Part shown: in pieces, positions 42,901-54,900 of the stretch
How positions within the stretch are numbered: position 1 is the stretch's first letter
Layout of the letters: each line of letters opens with the position of its first letter
Assembly (NCBI GenBank): GCA_038087875.1
Contig: CM075979.1
Coordinates: 39,680,001-39,744,000 of the forward strand
DNA: 64,000 nucleotides
Source: Malacoraja senta
Lineage: Eukaryota
Reading direction: 5' to 3'
Notes under the pieces: generated by a model
Seen by the model: the letters and a program-made list of their open reading frames with translations, nothing else
Databases searched by the model: none
Told to the model about the DNA's origin: nothing
Made by a program: the position numbers and the translations under genes

Positions 42901-45900
42901 GATTGTGCTAAGTTATTTCTATTCTACATTTTTTTTCTGTATGATGAATTTTAATTTGAAGTTCTTAATTCCTCCAACTGTTACCAGAAGCTTCTTGCTT
43001 GCAACTGTTGAGCTCCAGGATAAAATTGTTTCAAGTGGTCCTCAGCAGCAACATCAGGTTGTGATGTAATCCATAATCCCAAAGCTGAAATTGGCAGCAG
43101 CATTGATTGGCAATGGATGGCAAATAAATACACACTTGATTTTCCTTGGGTAAAGTTATGTCCACCCATCCGCAAGGTCAATTGTACATGCCTGACCACG
43201 CACCTTCTGGAGACATTGCCATTTCTCGCGATAATGAATCATGCAACTGAGTATCCATTTTGCAATTGTCGCGCTATTGTCTTCTGATTCCAGTATTGTA
43301 CTTGTACATTCACTCCACCATTCCTTTACACAGCCTGTCAGCAGCAAGCAGCTTTGCCAAAATGTTATGCTTCACAACCAGACCCTGGTGTTTACCGGAT
43401 GATGTTCAGAACATCCCGATTCTTGACGCAGTCTGATAAATAATATTCACAAATTTAAAACTTATTTCTCAAATGATGGATATGAACAAGCTTCATTAGC
43501 GGAGATAAAGATATTTCATGGTTTTATTACATTCAGGTTCACACACCCTGATTTTCATTATTTTGCCTCCAGGTCAGGCAACGGTGATTTCTGCAGGTAA
43601 ATCAGGCCTCTGTAACTTTACTCTGTGTACTGAGGATTGTGAAGTTCTGAAATACACTGGAAGATGTGAAACTACAACCAGACCAGCAGAAACCACAACA
43701 TCAGCTACAACAGTGACAGTGACAGTCACACCAAAGTCAAAAGGAACTACCATCTGTTCCTGTGATGCTGACGGACATATAATGTCACCTGGTAAGTGTG
43801 TCAATTATCAAAGTGCTCTTCCAGTCACATTTCAAAGTAAGAAGTTTACCTCGGTCTTTAGCTTTGTGTAGATGACTGCAAGAAATGCATCAGATTACGA
43901 AGCGAACGCATTATCCTATACATGTTAATAGAAATTATAGCATCTTATTTCTTGAAATGATTTTTCTGTTTGGGTCAAAGTTTTTCGTTGCTCCAATGTG
44001 ACCTTGCAACCATTGAGCTACATGATATATTTGGTGCAAATGATCCTAAAATGCAACATCTTGTTACGATATAATTCAACACCCCTACATTGCGATTGGC
44101 AGCAACATTGATCATAGAGGTTTATTTACGATTGTGGACCTACACTTTTATACAGGAAATGTTGTCGTCCACCCGACCCTACGTTTTGTGTTATGGGCCA
44201 GATCATGCCTCCCATGAAAAAAGTTATTTCTGCCCAAAAATGAACTAAGCAACAGAGCAACCTTAATGCAATTGTTGCTCACTCTTCTGCTGCTTTCTGT
44301 ATTGAGCTTTTACATTTTCTCTGTAATTTCCTTTTACAAGGTCTGCCAGCCACAAGCTACGATATGAAATCACGCACTGATCTTTGCTCAGATGTGGTTG
44401 AGAATTTCTTGAGACTGGATGCAAACTCTTTGAAATTATAACAAAGCCTCCGCAACAATTCTGCACAACCGAAATACATAACTCAGCTTCAACATCAAAC
44501 AGAAATATAGTCATCAGTTCCATCACCTTCAAGTGGACACAACCTGATTTTCTTTTCTTTGCCACCAGGTCAGGCAACTGTGACTTCCGCAGGTAAATCA
44601 GGCCTCTGTAACTTTACTCTGTGTACTGAGGATTGTGAAGTTCTGAAGTACACAGGAAGATGTGAAACTACAACCAGACCAGCAGAAACCACAACAACAG
44701 CTACAACAGTGACAGTCACACCAACATCAAGAGGAACTACACAATGTACCTGTGAGAATGACGGGCGAAAAATGTTACCTGGTAAGTGTCAATTATCATA
44801 GACCTCTTCCATGCACATTGCAAATTAGCAGAGATAAAGATATTTCATGGTTTTATTATATTCAGGTGTACACAACCTGATTTTAATGTTTTTCCACCAG
44901 GTCAGGCAACTGTGACGTCTACAGGTAAATCAGGCCTCTGTAACTTTACTCTGTGTACTGAGGATTGTGAAATTCTGAAGTACACAGGAAGATGTGAAAC
45001 TACAACCAGACCAGCAGAAACCACAACATCAGCTACAACAGTCACAGTAACACCAACGTCGAAAGGAACTACAATCTGTTCCTGTGATGTTGACGGACAT
45101 ATAATGTCACCTGGTAAGTGTGTCAGTTATCAAAGTGCTATTCTAGTCACATTTCAAAGCAAGAGGTTTACCTCAGTCTCTTGCCAAGTGCAGATGATTG
45201 CAAGAAATGCATCAGATTGTGAAGCTGATGCATTGTCTTATACATGCCAACAAAAATTATACCATCTCTTCGCTATCATACTTTTTTGCGTTTGAATTAA
45301 AATGGACAAAGTTCTTCATTGCTCCAAAGTGCCTTCTTCCTTGCAACCATTGAGCAACAGGATATATTTGGCCGAAATGACCCTAACATGCAACATCTTG
45401 TTACAATATCTGTTGATTCTTGATACAAACTCTTTGAAATTATATGGAATCCTCCTCAACAATTCTATCCAACCGAAATACATAACTCAGCTTCAACATA
45501 ATACATAAAGATAGTCACCAGTTACATCACCTTCAGGTGGACACAACCTGATTTTCTTTTCTTTGCCACCAGGTCAGGCAACTGTGACGTCTACAGGTAA
45601 ATCAGGCCTCTGTAACTTTACTCTGTGTACTGAAGATTGTAAAGTTCTAAAATACACAGGAAGATGTGAAACTACAACCAGACCAGCAGAAACTACAACA
45701 TCAGCTACAACAGTGACAGTAACACCAAAGTCAAGAGGAACTACCACATGTACCTGTGAGAATGACGGGCGAATAATGCTACCTGGTAAGTTTGTCAATT
45801 AATTCATTCCTAAATTGTTTTAATTTTCTAATTAAACTTTTGTTTCAGACTCAAGGTCCAGATAAAAGACGACATTACATAGAATACATTGCATATAAAA

Positions 45901-48900
45901 ACACCATCAAATACATATAAAAGCTTAGTGAATTACTTATAAGAGCATCATAAATTATATACAAAAACACAACACATGATTTAAAATCCAGAATAAAAAG
46001 AAAGATCATGTCCTACAACGAGACAACGATACCAATGTCCACAGCTGTGATTGGTTGCATGTAGTGCTAAACCTTCATTTTCAGAGTCATTAATCCTGCA
46101 AATAAATTGATACATATGATTTCTTAGGATTCCTAGTAAAGTACAGACTCCTGCAGCCAAAAACATTTGACTTGCACTACACCATGTAGGTTTCTTTAGT
46201 AGTATTCTCATGACATCATTATTCGCTACTTTAAGTCTCTGTAAAATTGTTTTTCTGTAGTTTGACCACACGTGTGCAGTACAGAGTGGTGTACAATATG
46301 CTCTGAACAGAGACATCTTCACTACATCTGTACACGCACCAAACTTGTGAAAGGGAATATTCGCTTGTACATACAACATATGACGGTGCCTATAAATATC
46401 CTCATCATCTGCCACAGAGGGTAGTTGAGGCCAGTTCATTGGCTATATTTAAGAGGGAGTTAGATGTGGCCCTTGTGGCTAAAGGGATCAGGGGGTATGG
46501 AGAGAAGGCAGGTACGGGATACTGAGTTGGATGATCAGCCATGATCATATTGAATGGCGGTGCAGGCTCGAAGGGCCGAATGGCCTACTCCTGCACCTAT
46601 TTTCTATGTATCTATGTATTTCTATGTATCTAAGGAGTGAAGAGGAAGGGATACAGAACATGAAAGTCATGAGAGTCTGACGAAGGGTCTTGACCCAAAA
46701 CCTCACCCATTCCTTGTCTCCAGAGATGCTGCCTGACCCGCTGAGTTACTCCAGCATTTTGGTTCTATGTTCGGTTTAAAAGTTATAGACGTCTGATTTA
46801 ACTGCTGCCTGACCTGGAGACAGAGAAAATAAGGTTTACACCTGATACACTCATGACAGTGTAGCCAAATACCAACCTAACACATATTAAAATTCTCCAA
46901 ATTTAGGTAACTACATAAGTTCCTCCACCCCCCACCCCCCACCACATTGCCCACCCTCCCCTTTCTTCCCCCCCTCTCTCCCATGTGCCTCATCTAGACT
47001 TGCACTTATCTCCACCACTTCCACTTCCACTTCCATTTCTTCCTCTAGCCTCACGATTTGCAACTCATCAATCCTTTTCTCTTGCACGTTCTGACCTTTG
47101 CCTACACATCTGCATCTCCAAAACCCACCACAAGCAATCTGAATAAGAGTCCTGACCCAAAGTGTCACATTTCCATTTTCTCCAGAGATTCTGCCTGATC
47201 CGCTGAGTTACTCCAACACTTTGAGTCTTTTTTTGTAAACCAAAATCTGCAGTTCCTTGGCCCTTCATCTCATGTTCTGTGGAGATGCGGATCCAATGTT
47301 GCCAATGACCCACTGCTCTTTCTAGTTTGCGATGTACTCTTCCCATTGCATAGAGCTTGCCTGATGAAGAAAACACAGTTCAACAGCAGTCTACAAGCTT
47401 TGCAAAGGAATTGCCCAATACATATTTGTATATATCTTTGTATATTATATATATTTTGACAGCAAACAGCATCAAAATCCACAGGGTAGCTAACTAGTGT
47501 ATGGGCTGAAGAAACATTGTGGCATTAATAATATCAGTGGCAATGTAGTGGTGATGTAGCTTCTGCAGAATGAGTGGTGACTCCTAGTGTATTCTCTGCT
47601 TGAAATATGACTTTTGTTCATTTTTATATCCATCTAACACATTGATGAAGCATAATTCCTGTTGCTTTGACATGCAGGGCAATCCTCTGTGAGTTCTGAA
47701 GATAAATCGGGCCTCTGCAATTACACACTGTGCACTGAGGGCTGCAAAACGTTGACATATACAAGAAAATGCGAAAACACCTCTCCAATCACCGAGCACA
47801 GTACAGCTGAAACCACAACAGTGCAGACAACAACTCCCAGTTCCACAGCTTCAACAACCTGTTTCTGCAAAGTCAACGGCCAAGTAATATCTGCAGGTGA
47901 GTGTTTCACTTGTTCATAACATGTGACTGTATAAATCAATCATTAAATTGTACAATTGAAGTGATAGTCCAGTCCTTTACATGGCTTGATTCACAGTCCA
48001 TTGAATGCGTTTGTTAAAGACCTCTGTATAAGCTCAGCATGGGAATTTGTACAAATCACTATACGAACGTTGGTACAAACGTCTATGTCTTTCACAGGTC
48101 TTCCACACATGTTCCAGAGCAGTGGAAGCAGGCCTCTTATCAATGTGCCACTTCCTAATCTTCCCATGTGTGAGGATGTTCCCAGGCTTCCTTGTTCATG
48201 TGCTACTAGCCCAAGTTAGCCCAGACCCCTGATTTTGGCCTCATCTCCCCTTGACCAACTGGTATAGAGACGCAGACACCAAACTGACACCAGTACATAA
48301 CCTAGTGTTTCCAGCGAAGCAATCACAGTACTGATCATTTGCTGCTGTGCACTTACTTGGTTCACTCACACAAATACATGTGGCTTGTTAAAATATCCAA
48401 TTTTTCTTGTTCAGTTCAGTATATTATCACGTGTACCGAGGTAAAGTGAAAAGCTTTTGTTGTGTCCTAATCAGTTTGCGGAAAGACAATACATGATTAC
48501 ACTCGAACCATTCACAGTGTACAGATACATGATCAGGGAATAACGTTTAGTGCAAGGTAAAGCCAGTAAAGTCCAATCAAAGATAGTCAAAGGGTCACCA
48601 ATGAGGAGGATCGTCATTCAGGACTGTTCTCTGGCTGTGGTGGAATGTTTCAGTTGTCTGATAGCAGCTGGAAAGAAACTGTCCCTGAATCTGAAGGTGT
48701 GCATTTTCACTTCTATACCTTTTGCCCGATGGGAGAGGGAGAAGAGGGAGTGGGCAGGGTGTGACCCGTGCTTCTCTTTGTAAAGAATGTACTATCTGTA
48801 TGTCTGTCGGACTGTAAGAGCTTTCTCCTTTATTTCTCTGTTTTTACTTCGTCTTTCTATTTGTGGTATTTTTTGGTTCCTTTTGGTCTTTATTAATGTA

Positions 48901-51900
48901 GCCTGTAGTAGTTTCCTGCATTGTCCAAATTCAAAAAGGGGTCTTGAAATGCATACATATGGTTTGAAGACCATCTACCTCAGATTTATTCTAGAAATTC
49001 AGTTCTATGTGAAAAGATCACTGAGGATGTGATGAGAGCCTTATTTGCTCGATGAGCAACACCATTGTATCACAGGTTTGTGCAGCACAGAAATGGCCCC
49101 TTCGGCACAATATGTCCACAACAACGTGTTTGCCCCTGTACACATATCCCATTTGAAGCATTAGGACTGTATCCTTCTATGCCTTCCCTACTTAGGTCTA
49201 CCTCAATGCCTCTTAAACATAGAGATTATATCTGATTCTACTGTGGTGACAGATTTTTATATCGTTTCAAGGATTCTTTCCTTTAGTCACTATGATTGAA
49301 GACGGGATCAGAAGATAATCGAAACGCACTCACGAGCTCTCCACGAGACATTCAATGCCGTTGAAAGATAAATCTTCCAAACACAGTCTCTTGATTAATA
49401 GTTTCTTTATTGTAGTCGTAAAAACAGTAAGATATTAATCCAAACTTCTTCTTGTATAAGTACATTTCAATTCAATCGTGGTCATGTTCGTGCATGGTCA
49501 AAAGCTGTGACCTCTCCCCCATTCTTCAAATGAAAGTAACTACTAGAGAGTCTGCGCGAGAATCCCAGCCCCAAACACGCCTCAGACTACATATAAATCC
49601 CACCCACATTATTACAGGCAGATAGAATTTAAAGGTAACTGGTTATAGTTATAACACACTGAGTTAAGCTAAATGGCTACAACATCTAGCACCTCCTCTG
49701 GCTATCCCTAACCCTCACGTCCCTTCCAAAACTCCTTCATCTCATCTTAAACATGTGCCCTCTTATTTTTAATATCCCTGCCATGGGAAAAAGATTTGGA
49801 CAATATGCTCAATCTTTGCTTCTGTTCATCTTATATACCTCATTCAGATCACCAGGTCTCCTGGTGAATCACCTCTGCACTCTCTCCAGTGCAACCACAT
49901 CCTTTCTATAGTGTGGGCATCAAAACTGCACACATTACTCCTTATGGTATAACCAGTGTTTTGTAAAGTTGCACCGTAACATCCCGATTCTTATATTCCA
50001 TGTCTTGACCTACAGAAGTTACCAATACCATATGCTTTCTTCACCATCCTATTTACCTTTCCCTAGCTATCAATGTTCTATTCTACATTTTCCTTGAGCT
50101 TCATCCCCTTTGATATCTCATTTTCACACAATACCCTTCCATATCTCTGTGTCTCCCTCTCCCCTCAGTCTGAAGAAGGGTCTCCACTGGAAACGTCATC
50201 CATTCCTTCTAATCAAAGAAGCTGTTTGTCCCTCCATCATTTTGTGTCTATCTCTTGCTTCTAATATAGATATAGAATGATAGTCAGCATATCTTACCTG
50301 CTAATAATATTTTGTTTAAGAAGGAACTGCAGATGCTGGAAAATCAAAGGTAGACAAGAATGCTGGAGAAACTCAGTGGGTGAGGCAGCATCTATGGAGC
50401 GAAGGAAATAGGCGATGTTTCGGGTCGAGACCCTTCTTCAGACTAATAATATTTAATCACCTCCTTTTATTCTCAGTTTCTCCTATACCCTCTATATTCC
50501 TCAAGGAAAAATGCTTGACTGCAGTTGGTGTACCTGCCATTACTATTTTCCCTAATCAAGCCATCAATAACATATCAAAGGTTCATTAATCTTGCCATCA
50601 TTCCATTTCCCTATTACTGGAACCCTTGCTAACATTGTTTAAAAAAACATTCCCACTTGTCAAATGAATAATATATTATGGCTGCAGATACAAAGCAAAA
50701 TAACGTTTATTAAATCTGTTCAACCATTCTTCTGGTGCAATTCTAAAACAAATTCAATCCGAAGAATATACAAACCAATGAAATATTAGAGTACAGTATA
50801 AGCTGGCAAAATGGTTTCAAAATGCAGTAATATACATATCCAACCACAAATGTTTCAACTGTACCATTCTGTAATTATAAACATATAACCTTTCTATTAG
50901 TGTTTAAACTACAAATCAGAGACAATCTGTGCTCTGACTAGTTTCACTGTCCTCTTGATTAATGTTACTGATTGTGTGCCTCGCTGTCATCTTGCCCTCT
51001 GCTAACAATGAACCATTCTACATTTCCCTGACCATTGTCTGCTTTGATCTGTAGTTTTCACACCATACCCTTCCATATCTCTCTAGTCTTCCTCTCCCCA
51101 GACTCGCAGTCTGAAGAGCGTCTCGACCCGAAACATCACCCATTCCTTCTCTCCAGAGATGCTGCTTGTCCCACTGAGTTACTCCAGTATTGTGTGTCTA
51201 TCTATGCCAATAACACCAGCAGGTAGAATTTATTTTACTTCTAAATTACAATTTCCATTTGTTCGACCTTTGGGTCAGGCTGCAGCGAGCTCTGTAGGTC
51301 TTTATACACATGGGAAAATGCAAAGCCACTGCTATTGCTATACCCAATACAACAGAATCTACAAGGCGTGGAAACAGGCCCTTCGGCCCACCGAGTCCAC
51401 ACCGACCAGCGATCCCCATGCACTAACACTGTCTACACACAATAAGGACAATTTTCACTTATACCAAGTAGTCAATTAACCTACAAACCGGTACGTCTTT
51501 GGAGTGTGGGAGTAAGACGAAGATCTCGGAGAAAACCCACACAGTCGCGGAGAGAATGTACAAACTTCGTACAGAGAGCACCCATAGTTGGGATCGAACC
51601 AGGGTCTCTGGCGTGCAAGCGCTGTAAGGCAGCAACTCTACCAACTCTACTCTGCGCACAGTTACTATTGCAATGTTCACCTGGAAAATAGAGCAACTAT
51701 TTAAAAACCTTCCGTTCTGACCTCACAAATTTGGGTAACGTTTGTTTTTAACCCTCCTTTGCATGTTATATCTAACCATGATATAACCAAGCTGCAATCG
51801 TTTATCTCTTCCCACTGCAACCAGGGGAACAATTGTCCTAAAGAAGAGGTGATATTTCTAATTTTCTGTGTGTGTGATTCTTGGTAGAAATATGCCAAAT

Positions 51901-54900
51901 AAAATCTCATGATGCAATACATAAAATAGTGCATTTCCCATGAGGCAATGTATGCATTTCCATGGTTTGTCCAAAAATGTAGTACTAGCAAGTGTGTTTT
52001 TTACCTAAATACTGAATTAGTGCAGTGTGTCAAGACTTACGGAGATCGCATTTCCTTTTCTTTCCAGGAGAGAAAATTTACTTTACCAGTGATAAAGCTG
52101 GCTGGTGTTACATTGGGTTATGTACATCTAAGTGTGATATTGTGAAGCACACCATACCATGCGAAACCTCCACTTCCGTCTTACCAACCACAGAGACATC
52201 AGCACCAACAACAACAGTATCAGTGATCGGTTGCCCAGACGTACACCCACCAAGAGCTGTGAGTATCCTCGTGACATCAGGGGTCTTTAGAACATAGAAT
52301 AGTACAGCATTGGAACAAGCTCTTCAGCCCCAATGTTAGTGCCGAAACATGATGCCAAATAAAACTGTTCTCATCTACCTGTACATGATCCATATCCAAA
52401 GTCTAGTCCCTACACTTCCATGTGCCTATCCAAAAGCCGATTCGTTTTGTAGTTTTTAGTTTTAGTGATATAGCGTCAAAACAGGCCCTTCAGCCCACCA
52501 AGTCCGCACCCACCAGAAACCACCCCGTACACTAACACTATCCTACACACCGGAGACAAATTACAATCTTTACCAAAGCCTATTAACCTACAAACCTGTA
52601 CATCTTTGGAGTGTGGGTGAAAACTGGAGCACCAAGAGAAATCCCACATGGTCATGGGGAGAACGTACAAACTCCGTAGAGACAGCACCCATAGTCAGGT
52701 TTGAACAGGGGTCTCTGGCGCTGTAAGTCAACAATCTACCGCTGCACCACCGTGCCACCCTAACGCCCAGCTGATCCAACATTACTTTGCCTGTGAAACT
52801 AGAGCGGACTGTTCTAAGTTGCAGCTGCTGTGAGGAGATGCTTCCCCAACCAGCTGGGAACCCATGTCACTCAGTCCTCTAAAATCTCATGACTTCATGA
52901 ATCTTTACAGCACCTCTCCCACCCAGCCGCATAACAACTGGCAGCCAGCCCTACTGACAGTCCCTATACAAACCCCTTCACCATGGATCAGGAAAGTACA
53001 CCCCCACCCCTCGCAGCCTTATCCCTCCTCCCTCGTCCCAGGCTATGGTAGGCCATCCAATCCCAAACACCCCGGCCACCTGTGGACGACCCTCCCCTGA
53101 ATGAGGTGCACCTCACCTACAGTCCACCAGGACTCATTCCCAGACAAAGACAAACCAAAGTCTTTCCTCTTTGCATTCCGCACCAGCGCAGTCTACCTGC
53201 CACATGTTGTCGGGGGCCTCTCAGTGACATATAATGCTCAGGCTCTTGATTTTGCTGCAACAGACGCAGCATGCGATGAAACCCCATGTTTCAGTGTTTC
53301 CCCCGGACCCAGTGAATTCCCAGATTACTGAGATATAAAATATGTCCAGCTACATTCTGGCCCTCTGCTCATTGCTTCTCCCCTTTCCCTTCTTTACTGA
53401 ATACCTCCTACCTGACTGTCCCTGGCCTTCTAATCCCCATGTAACCCTTCCATGATATTCTTTCTATTTTTCTGTCATTCCCTTACAAACGTCTACAGCT
53501 TCCCTCTCTTCTCGAAATATCATTGTGGTCCACCTCCCCCAGAACCAAAGGAGCTCATCTCAAGAGCTCACCTCAAGTGCACCATAACTGGTACTGAAAC
53601 TGTTAAGGAAAGTTTTTTAGTACTCATGGGTGATGGGGATCATCTGATTTTATTAAAACAGAAAAATATCAGCACGTTTTGCCATCCTTTTCCTATCAAA
53701 TAATTTTTGTTCAAACTCGATTAAACATATTGGTTTTCTTGACGTATTAGACTTATCACACATGTCTTTTGAAGACTTTAATGAGCTAATTGGTTTTCAT
53801 CCCAGTGTCACATTTATAGGTCTAAATGATATAGATATTTTAAAGGAACACCCCCATAATATATTGAAGGTCTCTTAACCATCCCCATGAGATTCTTTGC
53901 CCTGCCACATCCCCGCACTATTTCTGACCTTACTGGAATTGAAGGCTCAGATCTCAATGGGTTCTTGGCACAATGAGATTCAGGTCAGGTGGGTGGTAGT
54001 TTTTTTCTCCTTCTCCAGCCTCAGGGATTCTGTGAATGCCTTAACTTCTTACAATTGTTCATCCCCCCCCCCCCTACCGAACCATAGATGAATGAGACTT
54101 GGAAACTGGACAATTGCACAAAGGCAACATGCAAAGGGAATAACACTGTTTCCGTGGAGTCAGTGAAATGTCCAAGTGTTAAACCAATCGTTTGTCAAAA
54201 TGGACTGCAACCCAGAAAGGTTTATGACCATTCCAACTGCTGCTATCAGCAAGAATGTGGCTGTGAGTATTGGGGAAATGCATGCATTATCAAAATTAAA
54301 TGTGATTTAATAGATGGGTGGAAGATGGAGGTAATATGCTGAAGGAACGCGTAGTTCATTATTTCACTGTGTTAATTGACGAGTCGATAATACATCATCC
54401 CAACAGGTCTCACCACCAGAATCAATTACTCCAGCTTTATTTTTCAACTTTTTTTGTCTAGGCAACTCATTGAATTCTGGCAGAACTTGGATTCAGGCAA
54501 AGGTGTCTAGCTTAGATGGGAATCTTGCTCAGCAGAGATGAGTTGGGCCAAAGGGCCTGCATCCATGCTGCATGATTCCATGAGTATTAGAGATCAGTAG
54601 TCAGGGTCTGGGGGTGAGGAGAAATGAGAGGCCATTCTTCCCTTCAGTCCTGAAAAGAAGAGAGAATGCAATAAGTGTGTCCAGGAGCTAATCTCAAGTG
54701 GTCCATAACTGCAACAGAAACTTTCATGGAAAGTTTTTTTTAGTGTTTGTGCGTGAGGGGTGTTATCAAATTTTATAAAAACAGAAAAATATTCACATGA
54801 GGACAACAGAATAAGAGTTGTGGAACATACACAATACCAACCACAGAGATCTATGGGAGTAGCGACATGATCCATGGTGAGGAAACAAGATTCTGGGGAA

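Larger units (their letters stand above)
1..45800 (+). repeat. Tandem exon-intron array; A+B dimer units of about 1.75, 2.45 or 2.94 kb
   Basis: The 213-nt exon recurs 39 times (one copy is 219 nt) with near-identical flanking introns. The window starts inside a B-to-A intron, so the array continues upstream. Confidence 0.97.

Noticed and set aside
713-45798. Repeated 74-aa Val-rich minus-strand ORFs (MTHLPGNII...)
   Set aside because: These are antisense shadows of Thr (ACN) codons in the real exons; there is no independent evidence for them.
1-45800. CRISPR-like or diversity-cassette (VLR/VSG/Dscam-type) array
   Set aside because: The DNA is eukaryotic, the units are kilobase-scale and homogenised rather than diversified, and I saw no recombination signals or mutually exclusive docking sites.
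702-45802. The repeated 80-130 aa + strand ORFs as a cluster of separate small Cys-rich peptide or toxin genes
   Set aside because: They start at TTG/GTG inside polypyrimidine tracts or within the exon and have no signal peptide. Conservation begins at an AG and ends at GTAAG, so they are exons of one gene.
52800-53420. Pro/Ser/Thr-rich ORFs 52864-53331 as an extra PTS exon
   Set aside because: Exons 41 and 42 already join in phase and match the mucin motif CP...PPR.NETW. I found no convincing splice sites, and the composition looks like C-rich intron or TE sequence.
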